From positions 9,982 to 73,981 of the forward strand of contig DASXFC010000001.1 in the NCBI GenBank assembly GCA_036489775.1: a stretch of DNA of 64,000 nt, read 5' to 3'. The DNA is from Acidimicrobiales bacterium (GTDB taxonomy: Bacteria > Actinomycetota > Acidimicrobiia > Acidimicrobiales > RAAP-2). Position numbers and translations under genes: made by a program. Of this stretch, positions 43,454 through 51,709 are shown one piece after another. The notes beneath the pieces are model-generated. The model did not search any database, was not told where the DNA came from, and saw only the letters and a list, made by a program, of their open reading frames with translations. Positions within the stretch are counted from its first letter, which is position 1, and every line of letters starts with the position of its first letter.

Positions 43454-44865
43454 GGGGCCACCCGGAGGGCACATCGGACTTCCGGTCGCTCTCCCTGTGG
43501 TGGGACGCCATCGAGAGCCCTCTGCCGGTCCGACCGCCGCTCCGGGGCGACCTCCAGACGGACGTGTGCATCGTGGGCGCCGGCTTCACCGGGCTGTGGA
43601 CCGCTCATGGCCTGATCAGCGCCGATCCGACCCTGCGCGTCGCCGTCGTCGAAGCCGAGGTCGCCGGGTTCGGCGCATCGGGCCGCAATGGCGGCTGGTG
43701 CTCGGCGCTCTTCGCCACATCCGATGCCGCGCTGGCTCGACGCCATGGATTCGAGGCCATGCTGGCCATGCGAGCGGCCATGCGCGAGACGGTCGATGTC
43801 GTGGGCGCCACGGCGGCGGCTGAGGGGATCGACTGTCACTTCACCAAAGGGGGCACGCTGACCGTGGCCCGCACTCCCGGCCAGCAAGCCCGGGCCGAGC
43901 ACGAGCTGGCATCCGCTCGCCAACTGGGGCTGGGCCAAGAGGACCTGTGCTGGCTCGATCCCGATGAGACCCGGCGTCGCATCGGGATGGCGGGTGCCCT
44001 CGGTGCCACCTTCACCTCGCACTGCGCGGTCCTGCAGCCCGCCCTCCTGGCCCGGGGGCTGGCCGACGCCGTGACCAGACGTGGCGTCTCGCTGTTCGAA
44101 ACCACGTCGGCGCTGGCCATCGAGCCCCGGGCGGGTGACCGCGGTCCGCGGGTGCGGACGCCGCAAGGCACCGTGACCGCCGACGTGGTGGTGGAGGCAG
44201 TCGAAGCGTGGCGGCCCCGGCTGCGGGGCCGGCGCCGCACCGTCGTCCCGGTCTATTCCCTCATGGTGGCCACCGAGCCACTGCCGGCCTCGTTCTGGGC
44301 CGACACCGGCCTGCGCCAACGCGAGACGTTCGCTGACTTCCGGCACACCATCATCTACGGACAGCGCACCGCTGATGACCGTCTCGCCTTCGGCGGGCGG
44401 GGCGCGCCCTACCACTACGGCTCGGCCGTCCGAGCGAGCTTCGACTCCGAACCGCACGTCCATGCCGCGCTGCGAGAGACCCTGGCCGAACTCTTCCCAC
44501 CGGTCTCCGAGGTCCGCTTCACCCACGCCTGGGGTGGTCCCCTGGCCATCCCCCGCGACTGGCATCCCTCGGTGGGGTTCGACCACCGCTCCGGTCTGGC
44601 CTGGGCCGGTGGCTACGTGGGCGACGGGGTGGCCACGTCAAACCTGGCCGGCCGCACCCTGGCCGATCTCATCGTGGGCAGCGATTCGGACCTGACCCAC
44701 CTCGCTTGGGTCAATCACCGCTCGAAGTCATGGGAGCCCGAGCCCTTGCGCTGGCTCGGTGTCAATGCCGGCTTGTGGACCATGCAGAGGGCGGACCGGC
44801 GGGAGACGCGGTCGGATCGTCCTGGCCGTCTGGCCGGCCGCCTGGGACGCCTGCTGGGAGAGTGA
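43438..44865 (+). CDS. FAD-dependent oxidoreductase (DAO family; gamma-glutamylputrescine oxidase PuuB/OrdL-like)
   Basis: ORF 43438..44865. The dinucleotide motif is DVCIVGAGFTGLWTA, followed by GASGRNGGW. Confidence 0.87.
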   Translation: MAPDVGGHPEGTSDFRSLSLWWDAIESPLPVRPPLRGDLQTDVCIVGAGFTGLWTAHGLISADPTLRVAVVEAEVAGFGASGRNGGWCSALFATSDAALARRHGFEAMLAMRAAMRETVDVVGATAAAEGIDCHFTKGGTLTVARTPGQQARAEHELASARQLGLGQEDLCWLDPDETRRRIGMAGALGATFTSHCAVLQPALLARGLADAVTRRGVSLFETTSALAIEPRAGDRGPRVRTPQGTVTADVVVEAVEAWRPRLRGRRRTVVPVYSLMVATEPLPASFWADTGLRQRETFADFRHTIIYGQRTADDRLAFGGRGAPYHYGSAVRASFDSEPHVHAALRETLAELFPPVSEVRFTHAWGGPLAIPRDWHPSVGFDHRSGLAWAGGYVGDGVATSNLAGRTLADLIVGSDSDLTHLAWVNHRSKSWEPEPLRWLGVNAGLWTMQRADRRETRSDRPGRLAGRLGRLLGE

Positions 44866-44874
44866 AGTGGCACA

Positions 44875-45336
44875 ATGCCCGGCGTGCACCGCACTCCGGG
44901 TGAGGCCATCACCGCCCTGATCTACACCTACGCCGAACGCATCGATGCGGGTGATTTCGACGGCGTCGGCCAGGTCCTCGGCCACGCCACCTTGACCTTC
45001 GAGGGATTTGATGCGGCCGTCTCGGGTCCCGAGGCCGTCACGGCGCTCTATGAGCGAACGACCAGGCGCTTCGACAACGGCACGCCGCGCACCAAGCACA
45101 TCATGACGAACGTCATCGTGGACGTCGCCGACGACGCGCTCAGTGCCTCCAGCCGCTCCACCTTCCTGGTCCTCCAAGCTGTTCCCGGCGAGTTCGCCCT
45201 GCAGCCGGTGATCGCCGGCCGTTACCGCCACACCTACTCGTGCGTGGCGGACCAGTGGCGCATCGATTCGATGCACATCATGATTGAGCTGATGGGAGAC
45301 CTCAGCCACCACATGCTCTTCGACCTCCAACCATGA
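44875..45336 (+). CDS. NTF2-like / SnoaL-like protein
   Basis: ORF 44875..45336. ITALIYTYAERIDAGDFDGVGQ is typical of the SnoaL_4-type N-terminus. Confidence 0.72.
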   Translation: MPGVHRTPGEAITALIYTYAERIDAGDFDGVGQVLGHATLTFEGFDAAVSGPEAVTALYERTTRRFDNGTPRTKHIMTNVIVDVADDALSASSRSTFLVLQAVPGEFALQPVIAGRYRHTYSCVADQWRIDSMHIMIELMGDLSHHMLFDLQP

Positions 45337-45827
45337 AGCTGACCCTGACCTACGACTGGACGTGCACGCCCCAGGAGTTCTGGCAGCTCTACTACGACCC
45401 CGACTTCGTGGTCCGGCTCTACCGGGAGGGTCTCGACGCCACCTCGGTGGAGGTGGTGTCCCAGACCGGCGACCTCTCCAGCGGGTTGGAACGGACCCTT
45501 CGTTACGGGCAGAAGCCCAATGCCCCGGGTCCGGTTCGCCGGATCTTCGGCGAGGAGATCATCAGCACCGAAGTGAGCCGCTACGACCCGGCCACCCAGA
45601 CCTCGACCTTCACGGTGACGCCGGGCACGATGGGCGACAAGACACAGATCGCCGGCAGCATCGCGCTGCGCCGGGACGGAGACACCACCATCGAGACGTT
45701 CTCTCTCGAGGCGAAGGTGAAGATCTTCGGGGTGGGGCCGGTGGTCGAGCGTTTCATCGAGCACCAGGCCCGCGAGAGCCAGGAGAAGTCGGTCACCTTT
45801 ATGCGGGGATCGCTGAACTCTCAATAA
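45333..45827 (+). CDS. SRPBCC-superfamily / DUF2505-like protein
   Basis: ORF 45333..45827. The ATG overlaps the upstream stop (ATGA). Its size, the alternating beta pattern and the terminal helix fit SRPBCC. The family assignment is from memory only. Confidence 0.55.
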   Translation: MKLTLTYDWTCTPQEFWQLYYDPDFVVRLYREGLDATSVEVVSQTGDLSSGLERTLRYGQKPNAPGPVRRIFGEEIISTEVSRYDPATQTSTFTVTPGTMGDKTQIAGSIALRRDGDTTIETFSLEAKVKIFGVGPVVERFIEHQARESQEKSVTFMRGSLNSQ

Positions 45828-47325
45828 TCCGCCACAGCGTGTCGAAGTCGAGCGCGTCGGCACAGGCATCGGCCACCCGGTCGATCTGGGACTGACGAGC
45901 CGCTTCGAAGGATCGACCCGAGGGTCGCCAGATCTTGCCCGCCTCCTGCGCCACCAGGGCCAGGAAGGCGTGGCGGAAGCCATCCGCTTCGAAGGCACCG
46001 TGCACGGCCGTCCCGAATATCGGGAGTCCCGGGGCGCGCCCACTGGCCACGTCGTCACCGAACTCGCCGCCCACGGGATCGAGCCACCGCTGCCACGACG
46101 GGCCGGGCGCGGCCAGCCCGTGGTGGATCTCGTAGCCCTCGACCGGGTTCCCGACCTCGTCGCGGGCCTGGCGCAGGCGGGTCACCTTGTCGGTGGCGAA
46201 GGTCACGGTCAGATCGAGCCAGCCCAACCCATCGACCTCAGGCTGCGTGCTCTCGACCCCGCCGGGATCACAGATGCGGCGGCCGAGAATTTGGAAACCG
46301 CCGCAGATACCCAGGATCGCCGGTGGCCTGGGGCGGCGCCGTAGTGCCTCCAACGCATCAGCCAACCCGCCGGCGCGCATCCACTCGAGGTCGGCCACCG
46401 TTGACTTGGTTCCGGGCAGCACCACCAGATCGGGCTGTCCCAGCGCCGAGGGATGGCCCACGAAGCGCACGCGCACGCCTGGTTCGATCAACAAGGGGTC
46501 GAGATCGGTGAAGTTCGACAACCGCGGGAAACGGATCACGGCCACATCGATGCCCTCGCCGTCGAACGATGCGGCGCCCTCGAGTGTGCGCAGGAGGTGA
46601 TGCAGGGAATCTTCGGCGTCGAGCACCAACTCGGGCAGGTAGGGCACCACGCCGAGAGTGGGGACGCCGCAGCGCTGCTCGAGCTGCTCGGTGGCATCGC
46701 CCAGCAGCGCCTGGTCGCCCCGGAACATGTTGATGATGAAGCCCTTGACGCAGGCCCTGAGGTCCTCGGGCAGGATGGCCACAGTGCCGTAAAGATGGGC
46801 GAATACGCCACCGCGGTGGATGTCGCCGACCACCACGGCCGGTATGCCGGCTCGTCGGGCCAAGCCGAGGTTGACGATGTCGTTGTCGAGCAGGTTGATC
46901 TCGGCCGGGCTGCCGGCGCCCTCGCAGATCACCACGTCGAATCGGTCGCGCAGCGAAGCCAGCGCACCGTCGACCACGTCGATCAACCGATCCTTGGAGC
47001 GCTGGTAGGGCGCGGCCTCCTGCACGCCCAAGGGGCGACCCATGAGCACCACTTGCGACGAGTGCTCACTGGTGGGCTTCAGCAGGACCGGGTTCATGGC
47101 TGCTTCGGCCGGCACCAGGGCGGCCCGAGCTTGCAGCCACTGGGCCCGGCCGATCTCGGCTCCTTCGGCGGTCACCATGGAGTTGAGCGACATGTTCTGA
47201 CCCTTGAACGGGGCCACCGCCACCCCTTGACGGGCCAGCAGCCGGCAGAGCCCGGCGACCAGGGTGGACTTACCGGCGTCCGATGTGGTGCCACAGATCA
47301 TGAGGGCACCGCACCGGGGTGTCAT
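45799..47325 (-). CDS. cobQ: Cobyric acid synthase
   Basis: ORF 45799..47640 trimmed to ATG 47325 (MTPRCGALMICGTTSDAGKS), which lies 1 nt after the DMT stop. Motifs EGAGSPAEINL, a C-terminal GATase (ILGICGGFQILG) and YEIHHG. Confidence 0.93.
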   Translation of the reverse strand: MTPRCGALMICGTTSDAGKSTLVAGLCRLLARQGVAVAPFKGQNMSLNSMVTAEGAEIGRAQWLQARAALVPAEAAMNPVLLKPTSEHSSQVVLMGRPLGVQEAAPYQRSKDRLIDVVDGALASLRDRFDVVICEGAGSPAEINLLDNDIVNLGLARRAGIPAVVVGDIHRGGVFAHLYGTVAILPEDLRACVKGFIINMFRGDQALLGDATEQLEQRCGVPTLGVVPYLPELVLDAEDSLHHLLRTLEGAASFDGEGIDVAVIRFPRLSNFTDLDPLLIEPGVRVRFVGHPSALGQPDLVVLPGTKSTVADLEWMRAGGLADALEALRRRPRPPAILGICGGFQILGRRICDPGGVESTQPEVDGLGWLDLTVTFATDKVTRLRQARDEVGNPVEGYEIHHGLAAPGPSWQRWLDPVGGEFGDDVASGRAPGLPIFGTAVHGAFEADGFRHAFLALVAQEAGKIWRPSGRSFEAARQSQIDRVADACADALDFDTLWRIIESSAIPA

Positions 47326-47326
47326 C

Positions 47327-48232
47327 TCAGGCCACCGCGACGGGTCGCAGCCGCTCACCCTCGAGGGTGGACGCCGCCACCAACGGGGACTGGGCCAGCA
47401 GGAAGGCGCCCCCCAGCATGACGGCCAGCGAGGCCACTTCGGCCGCGATGAAACCCGGGCCGCCGCGGAAGTGCTCGTCAAAGACGACGGTCCCGATGAT
47501 GATGCTGACCACGGGATTGACCATGACCATGGTGGCCCTCGATGCGGCGATCGGCCCGGCGTGCAGCGCGTTCTGGAGGAGGAAGAACCCGGCGGCTCCG
47601 GTGATCCCGATGGCGTAAGGCTCCCAGTGCGTAAAGACATGGCCCCATCCGCCGGTGACCAGAGTGGCGGTGGCCTTGGTCAGGCAGGCGTTGTAAGCGA
47701 ACAGGGTGCCCGCGGCGGCCCCGAACGCGGTGGCTCTCCACCAGCGCGGCCCGAAGTGAGCGCCCACGACCAAGCCGATGGCCACCAGCCCGACCGCGAT
47801 ACTGGTCTCGGCCAGGGGTCGAGAGGCGGGAATGCCCTTCCCCAGCGCCGGGGCGGCACTGACGATGAAGGCGACCAAGCCGATGACGATGGCCGCCGAG
47901 CCCAGGCCTTCGCGCCAGCCCAGCGGTGTGCGAAACGCCACCTTGAGAATGACGATCACGTAGAGCAGGTCGAGGGTGAGGAGGGGTTGGACCACGGTCA
48001 GGTCGCCGAAGCGCAACGCTGAGGCCTGCAATCCGAAAGTCACCAACAGCAGGGCGAAGCCGAGCAGCCAGATGCCTCGGCGCAGGGCGTCAGTCAGCAG
48101 GCGCAAGCGCATCGTGTGCTCGGGCGGCGCCGCTTCCACCCCCATGCGCTGGAGCACCCCGCCGGCCGCGCTGGCCAGAGCCGCCAAAGCGGCGAGGACG
48201 TAGACCATGTCCAGTTCTATCGCGGGTTGCAT
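47327..48232 (-). CDS. DMT-superfamily (EamA-like) transporter
   Basis: ORF 47327..48232. About 9-10 hydrophobic helices with a duplicated EamA-like organisation. An alternative ATG is at 48208. Confidence 0.72.
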   Translation of the reverse strand: MQPAIELDMVYVLAALAALASAAGGVLQRMGVEAAPPEHTMRLRLLTDALRRGIWLLGFALLLVTFGLQASALRFGDLTVVQPLLTLDLLYVIVILKVAFRTPLGWREGLGSAAIVIGLVAFIVSAAPALGKGIPASRPLAETSIAVGLVAIGLVVGAHFGPRWWRATAFGAAAGTLFAYNACLTKATATLVTGGWGHVFTHWEPYAIGITGAAGFFLLQNALHAGPIAASRATMVMVNPVVSIIIGTVVFDEHFRGGPGFIAAEVASLAVMLGGAFLLAQSPLVAASTLEGERLRPVAVA

Positions 48233-48456
48233 TCACCCGCTGTTCATCGGAAACACTTGACGTGGCCCCTCCCAGCCAACAAGGTGAGGGCGACAACCTT
48301 CGGTCGCGGACGCCAGGGATCGCACCGAAACCGATTGAAGCGGGAGGCGCGGGACCGAGGGCTGCCTGGGGAGCATGGCGGCACCCTCCATCACGCACAG
48401 CCCGTTCATGACGGCCCGCCAAGGGCCGTCGAGGCGACCACAAGGGAGGCAGGGCG

Positions 48457-49947
48457 TTGGCCATCGCCGAGGACATCGCGGTCATTCACGATCCGCAATC
48501 CGATGAGGCATTCCACGTCGAGCAACATGGCGTGGACTTCATCCCGGAGAGCGAACGCTGGGCTACGCCCCGCAACGTCTTCAGCATGTGGGCGGGCGCC
48601 AGCGTGCAGATCGAGTACTTCATCTACGGCTGCATCCTGATGAGCGTGTTCCGGTTCACCTTCGCTCAGGCCCTTTCGCTCATCATCATCGGCAACCTGT
48701 CCTACTTCTTGCTCGGGCTGTTCTCGCTGCAGGGCCCGCAGACTGGCACCACGGTGTTCGCCATCAACCGGGCCGCCTACGGACCGAACGGCTCGCGCCC
48801 CATCTCGTTCTTCAACTGGATCACCCAGATCGGTTTCGAGGTTGAGGGGCTGATCCTGATCGTGGGTGCGGGCCTGGTGCTCATCACCAAGGCGGGCTTC
48901 ACCTTCGGCGATCCGGCCAAGGTGATCCTGGTGCTGGTGGCCGTCCTCATCCAGGGCGTGCTGCCCTTCCTCGGGCACGCCACCATCGTCAAGTCGTTGC
49001 GGGCGATGATCATCCCCTTCCTCGTCCTCTTCGCCATCCTGCTGGGCTTCGCCATACCCCACGCCCATTTGGGCGGGGGTCACAGTGCCGACTGGGAGAC
49101 CTACCTCGAAGGACTGGCCTTCACCATCGCCCTGAGCGGGTTGGGCTGGTCCGAGTGTGGCAACGACTACAGCCGCTACTGCCCGCCCACCACATCGAAG
49201 AAGGCCATCGTGGGCTGGGTCTTCCTGGGCACGGCCGTCCCCGAGATTCTGGTCATGACCCTGGGTGCCGTCGTGGCCACCTTCATTGTCGGCATCGGCC
49301 AGGGCACCGGAGGCTTCCTGCCGCTGGCCCACCAGAGCGTCATCCCGGCCTGGTTCGTGGTGGTCTTCATGATTTTCGCCGGCTTGCAACTCTTCTGCAT
49401 CAACAGCCTCGACATGTACTCGTCGGGCGTCACCCTCCAGGCCATCGGACTGCCGGTGAAGCGGTACCACGCCGTCATCGTCGACTGCATCATCGCCCTG
49501 GGCGTCACCATGTACGCGGTCTTCAACTCGTCCTTCTCCACCTACCTGAGCGACTTCGTCGATGTCGTCATTGTGTGGATCGCGCCCTGGGCCGCCATCT
49601 TCATTGTCGACTGGTGGCTCCGGGGCTCGCGCTACGTCCCCGCCGACCTGCAGAAGACCGGCCGCGACAGCTTGTACTGGCGTCGCGGGGGAATTTTCTG
49701 GCCGGCGCTCATCGCCCAGCTGGTCGGCATGTTCGCCGCCATCTCCTGCCTCTCGGCCACCTTCACCCTGCCGCACTGGCTCAATGAGGTGACGTTCCAC
49801 ACCACGCACTACCCCAAGGACTTCGGGGCCGACTTCAGCGTCTTCGCCGGCATGATCATCGGTGGGCTGCTCTACCTGGTGCTCGGCGGCCGCGGCGTGC
49901 GCGCCCAGAAGGCCCAGCAGGACCTGCTGCTCGGTCCCGTCGCCTGA
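48457..49947 (+). CDS. NCS1-family nucleobase:cation symporter (purine-cytosine permease-like)
   Basis: ORF 48457..49947. The TTG start has AAGGGAGG 7 nt upstream. FIPESERWATPRNVFSMWAGASVQI is the NCS1 signature region, and about 12 TM helices are present. Confidence 0.9.
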   Translation: MAIAEDIAVIHDPQSDEAFHVEQHGVDFIPESERWATPRNVFSMWAGASVQIEYFIYGCILMSVFRFTFAQALSLIIIGNLSYFLLGLFSLQGPQTGTTVFAINRAAYGPNGSRPISFFNWITQIGFEVEGLILIVGAGLVLITKAGFTFGDPAKVILVLVAVLIQGVLPFLGHATIVKSLRAMIIPFLVLFAILLGFAIPHAHLGGGHSADWETYLEGLAFTIALSGLGWSECGNDYSRYCPPTTSKKAIVGWVFLGTAVPEILVMTLGAVVATFIVGIGQGTGGFLPLAHQSVIPAWFVVVFMIFAGLQLFCINSLDMYSSGVTLQAIGLPVKRYHAVIVDCIIALGVTMYAVFNSSFSTYLSDFVDVVIVWIAPWAAIFIVDWWLRGSRYVPADLQKTGRDSLYWRRGGIFWPALIAQLVGMFAAISCLSATFTLPHWLNEVTFHTTHYPKDFGADFSVFAGMIIGGLLYLVLGGRGVRAQKAQQDLLLGPVA

Positions 49948-49954
49948 GGCGGAT

Positions 49955-50569
49955 CTAACCCCAGTCCTCTTCCAGCCCGCCGTCCGCGGTGGGGTGGAAG
50001 AGGGGCATGGCCCCCAGGGCGCGGACGTTGTCGGCGTCGGCCCCCAGGGCGGTGCGCCAGGCCCCGCCCTCGGTCATGAGGGCGCCGATGACCACGGGGT
50101 CGGCCCCGATCCGACGGACCAGTCGCAGGGCCGCGCCCAGCGAGGCGCCGGTCGAGATGACGTCGTCGACCACCGCCACCCGCTTGCCCCGGATCGCCTC
50201 GACCCGGGCCGGATCGAGGCGGAGGCGCTGCTCCTTGTCGGTGGTGATCGAATGCACCGGCTCGGACCAGGTCTCGCCCAGGTGGATCTTCGGCGTCTTG
50301 TGCAAGATCACGTAGTCGTCGAGTCCGAGAGCCCGGCTGGCTTCAATAGCCAGCGGGATTCCCATGGTGGCCACCGAGACCACGATCTCGGGCTGGGCCG
50401 GCTGCATCAGGGCGGCCAACTCACGGCCCGCGGTCTCGGCGAAGCTCACCCCCATGTCCACGCAGATCAGCAGGGCGATGGTGAGCTGGTCGGAGAGGTC
50501 GACCAGTGGGAGCTCCAACGCCTGGCTCCCGACCGTGGTCGAGTAGGTACGCTCGGCGGCCATGGTCAT
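49955..50569 (-). CDS. Phosphoribosyltransferase (type I PRTase, purine/pyrimidine base specificity unknown)
   Basis: ORF 49955..50599 trimmed to ATG 50569 or 50563. The PRPP loop is RVAVVDDVISTGAS. Confidence 0.8.
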   Translation of the reverse strand: MTMAAERTYSTTVGSQALELPLVDLSDQLTIALLICVDMGVSFAETAGRELAALMQPAQPEIVVSVATMGIPLAIEASRALGLDDYVILHKTPKIHLGETWSEPVHSITTDKEQRLRLDPARVEAIRGKRVAVVDDVISTGASLGAALRLVRRIGADPVVIGALMTEGGAWRTALGADADNVRALGAMPLFHPTADGGLEEDWG

Positions 50570-50589
50570 GACTCTCGCCGGAGTGAGCG

Positions 50590-51063
50590 TTGTCCGCAAA
50601 TGAGCGGGTGGCCCTCGATCTGACCGAGGCGCGCCAATTCCTGGTCCCGGCTCTCGAAGAAGCGCGTCTGGGGCTGGCCGAAGGTGGGATCCCGATCGGC
50701 GCCGCCCTGTTCCACCGGGACGGGACCCTGCTCGGCCGGGGTCACAACCGCCGCGTCCAGGACGGGGACGCCTCCACCCACGCCGAGACCGCCGCCTTCC
50801 GCCATGCCGGGCGCCGGCGCGATTACGGCCAGTGCGTGATGGTGACCACGTTGTCGCCCTGCTGGTACTGCAGCGGGCTGATCCGCCAGTTCGGCATCGG
50901 GGCGGTGGTGATCGGCGAAACGACCAACTTCACCGGTGGCCACGACTGGGTGGCCGAGCACGGCTGCGAAGTACTCCTGCTCGACGATCCCGAGTGCACC
51001 GATCTGCTCGGCTCCTTCATCGCCCAGCACCCCGAGCTCTGGCACGAGGACATCGGGCTCTGA
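50590..51063 (+). CDS. Cytosine deaminase, yeast FCY1-type (CMP/dCMP zinc-deaminase fold)
   Basis: ORF 50590..51063 (TTG; GTG 50608 is possible). Motifs GGIPIGAAL, HAE and TLSPCWYCSG. The C-terminus (ELWHEDIGL) resembles FCY1 (DWFEDIGE). Confidence 0.88.
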   Translation: MSANERVALDLTEARQFLVPALEEARLGLAEGGIPIGAALFHRDGTLLGRGHNRRVQDGDASTHAETAAFRHAGRRRDYGQCVMVTTLSPCWYCSGLIRQFGIGAVVIGETTNFTGGHDWVAEHGCEVLLLDDPECTDLLGSFIAQHPELWHEDIGL

Positions 51064-51076
51064 ACCGGCCGGGTCC

Positions 51077-51709
51077 CTAGTCGGGTGGGCCGAACAGGCG
51101 GTCGCCGGCGTCCCCCAAGCCCGGGACGATGTACCCCATCTCGTTGAGCTCGGGATCGAGGGCGGCACAGATCACGTCGATCTGGGGATGGACGGCGGCG
51201 AAGGCGGCGGCTCCGGGGGCCGAGGCGATGAGGCACAGGGCAACCACCTGGGCCGCACCGCGCTCGAGGACCAGGGTGCAGACCTTGGCCAGCGAGCCGC
51301 CGGTGGCCAGCATCGGGTCGCACACGATGACCCGGCGCCCGGTCAGGTCTCGGGGCAGCCGGTTCAGGTAGACCTCGGACTGCAAGGTCGCTTCGTGCCG
51401 GCGCAAGCCGACGTGAGCCACCTCGGTCAAGGGCACCACCTCCCCGATGGCCTGGACCATGCCCAGTCCGGCCCGCAAGATGGGGACCACCAGCACCGTC
51501 TCGGTGACCCGGCGGGCCGGTGCCGCCACCATGACCGGCGTGTCCACCCGGACCGCGGTGGTGCCCAGGTCGCGCATCGCCTCGTAGGCCAAGAACGCCG
51601 AGATCTCGGCCACCAGCTGGCGGAAGGTGTCCCGATCGGTGTCGGCGGCTCGCAGGGCAGCCACCCGGTGGGCCAGCACCGGGTGGTCGATCACGATCAC
51701 CGGGCTCAC
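51077..51709 (-). CDS. upp: Uracil phosphoribosyltransferase
   Basis: ORF 51077..51928 trimmed to GTG 51709, which overlaps the Rieske gene stop (GTGA). Motifs ILRAGLGM, VCDPMLATGGS and YIVPGLGDAGDR. Confidence 0.93.
   Translation of the reverse strand: MSPVIVIDHPVLAHRVAALRAADTDRDTFRQLVAEISAFLAYEAMRDLGTTAVRVDTPVMVAAPARRVTETVLVVPILRAGLGMVQAIGEVVPLTEVAHVGLRRHEATLQSEVYLNRLPRDLTGRRVIVCDPMLATGGSLAKVCTLVLERGAAQVVALCLIASAPGAAAFAAVHPQIDVICAALDPELNEMGYIVPGLGDAGDRLFGPPD

Noticed and set aside
48233-48456. Cobalamin riboswitch upstream of the DMT-cobQ unit (minus strand), or a TPP, ZTP or guanidine element upstream of the NCS1 gene (plus strand).
   Set aside because: The minus-strand RNA has GGUGCGAUCCCUGGCGUCCGCGACCG and GGCUGGGAGGGGCC, which only loosely resemble the GGUG..AAUCC..GCCACUG core and the B12 box (AGYCAGGAGACCUGCC). 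It has no GGGAA element. The plus strand lacks CUGAGA (TPP), CCGCCUGGGC (ZTP) and GGUCCGAGAG (ykkC). I cannot call a known family. The interval is kept only as an unassigned structured region in the findings.
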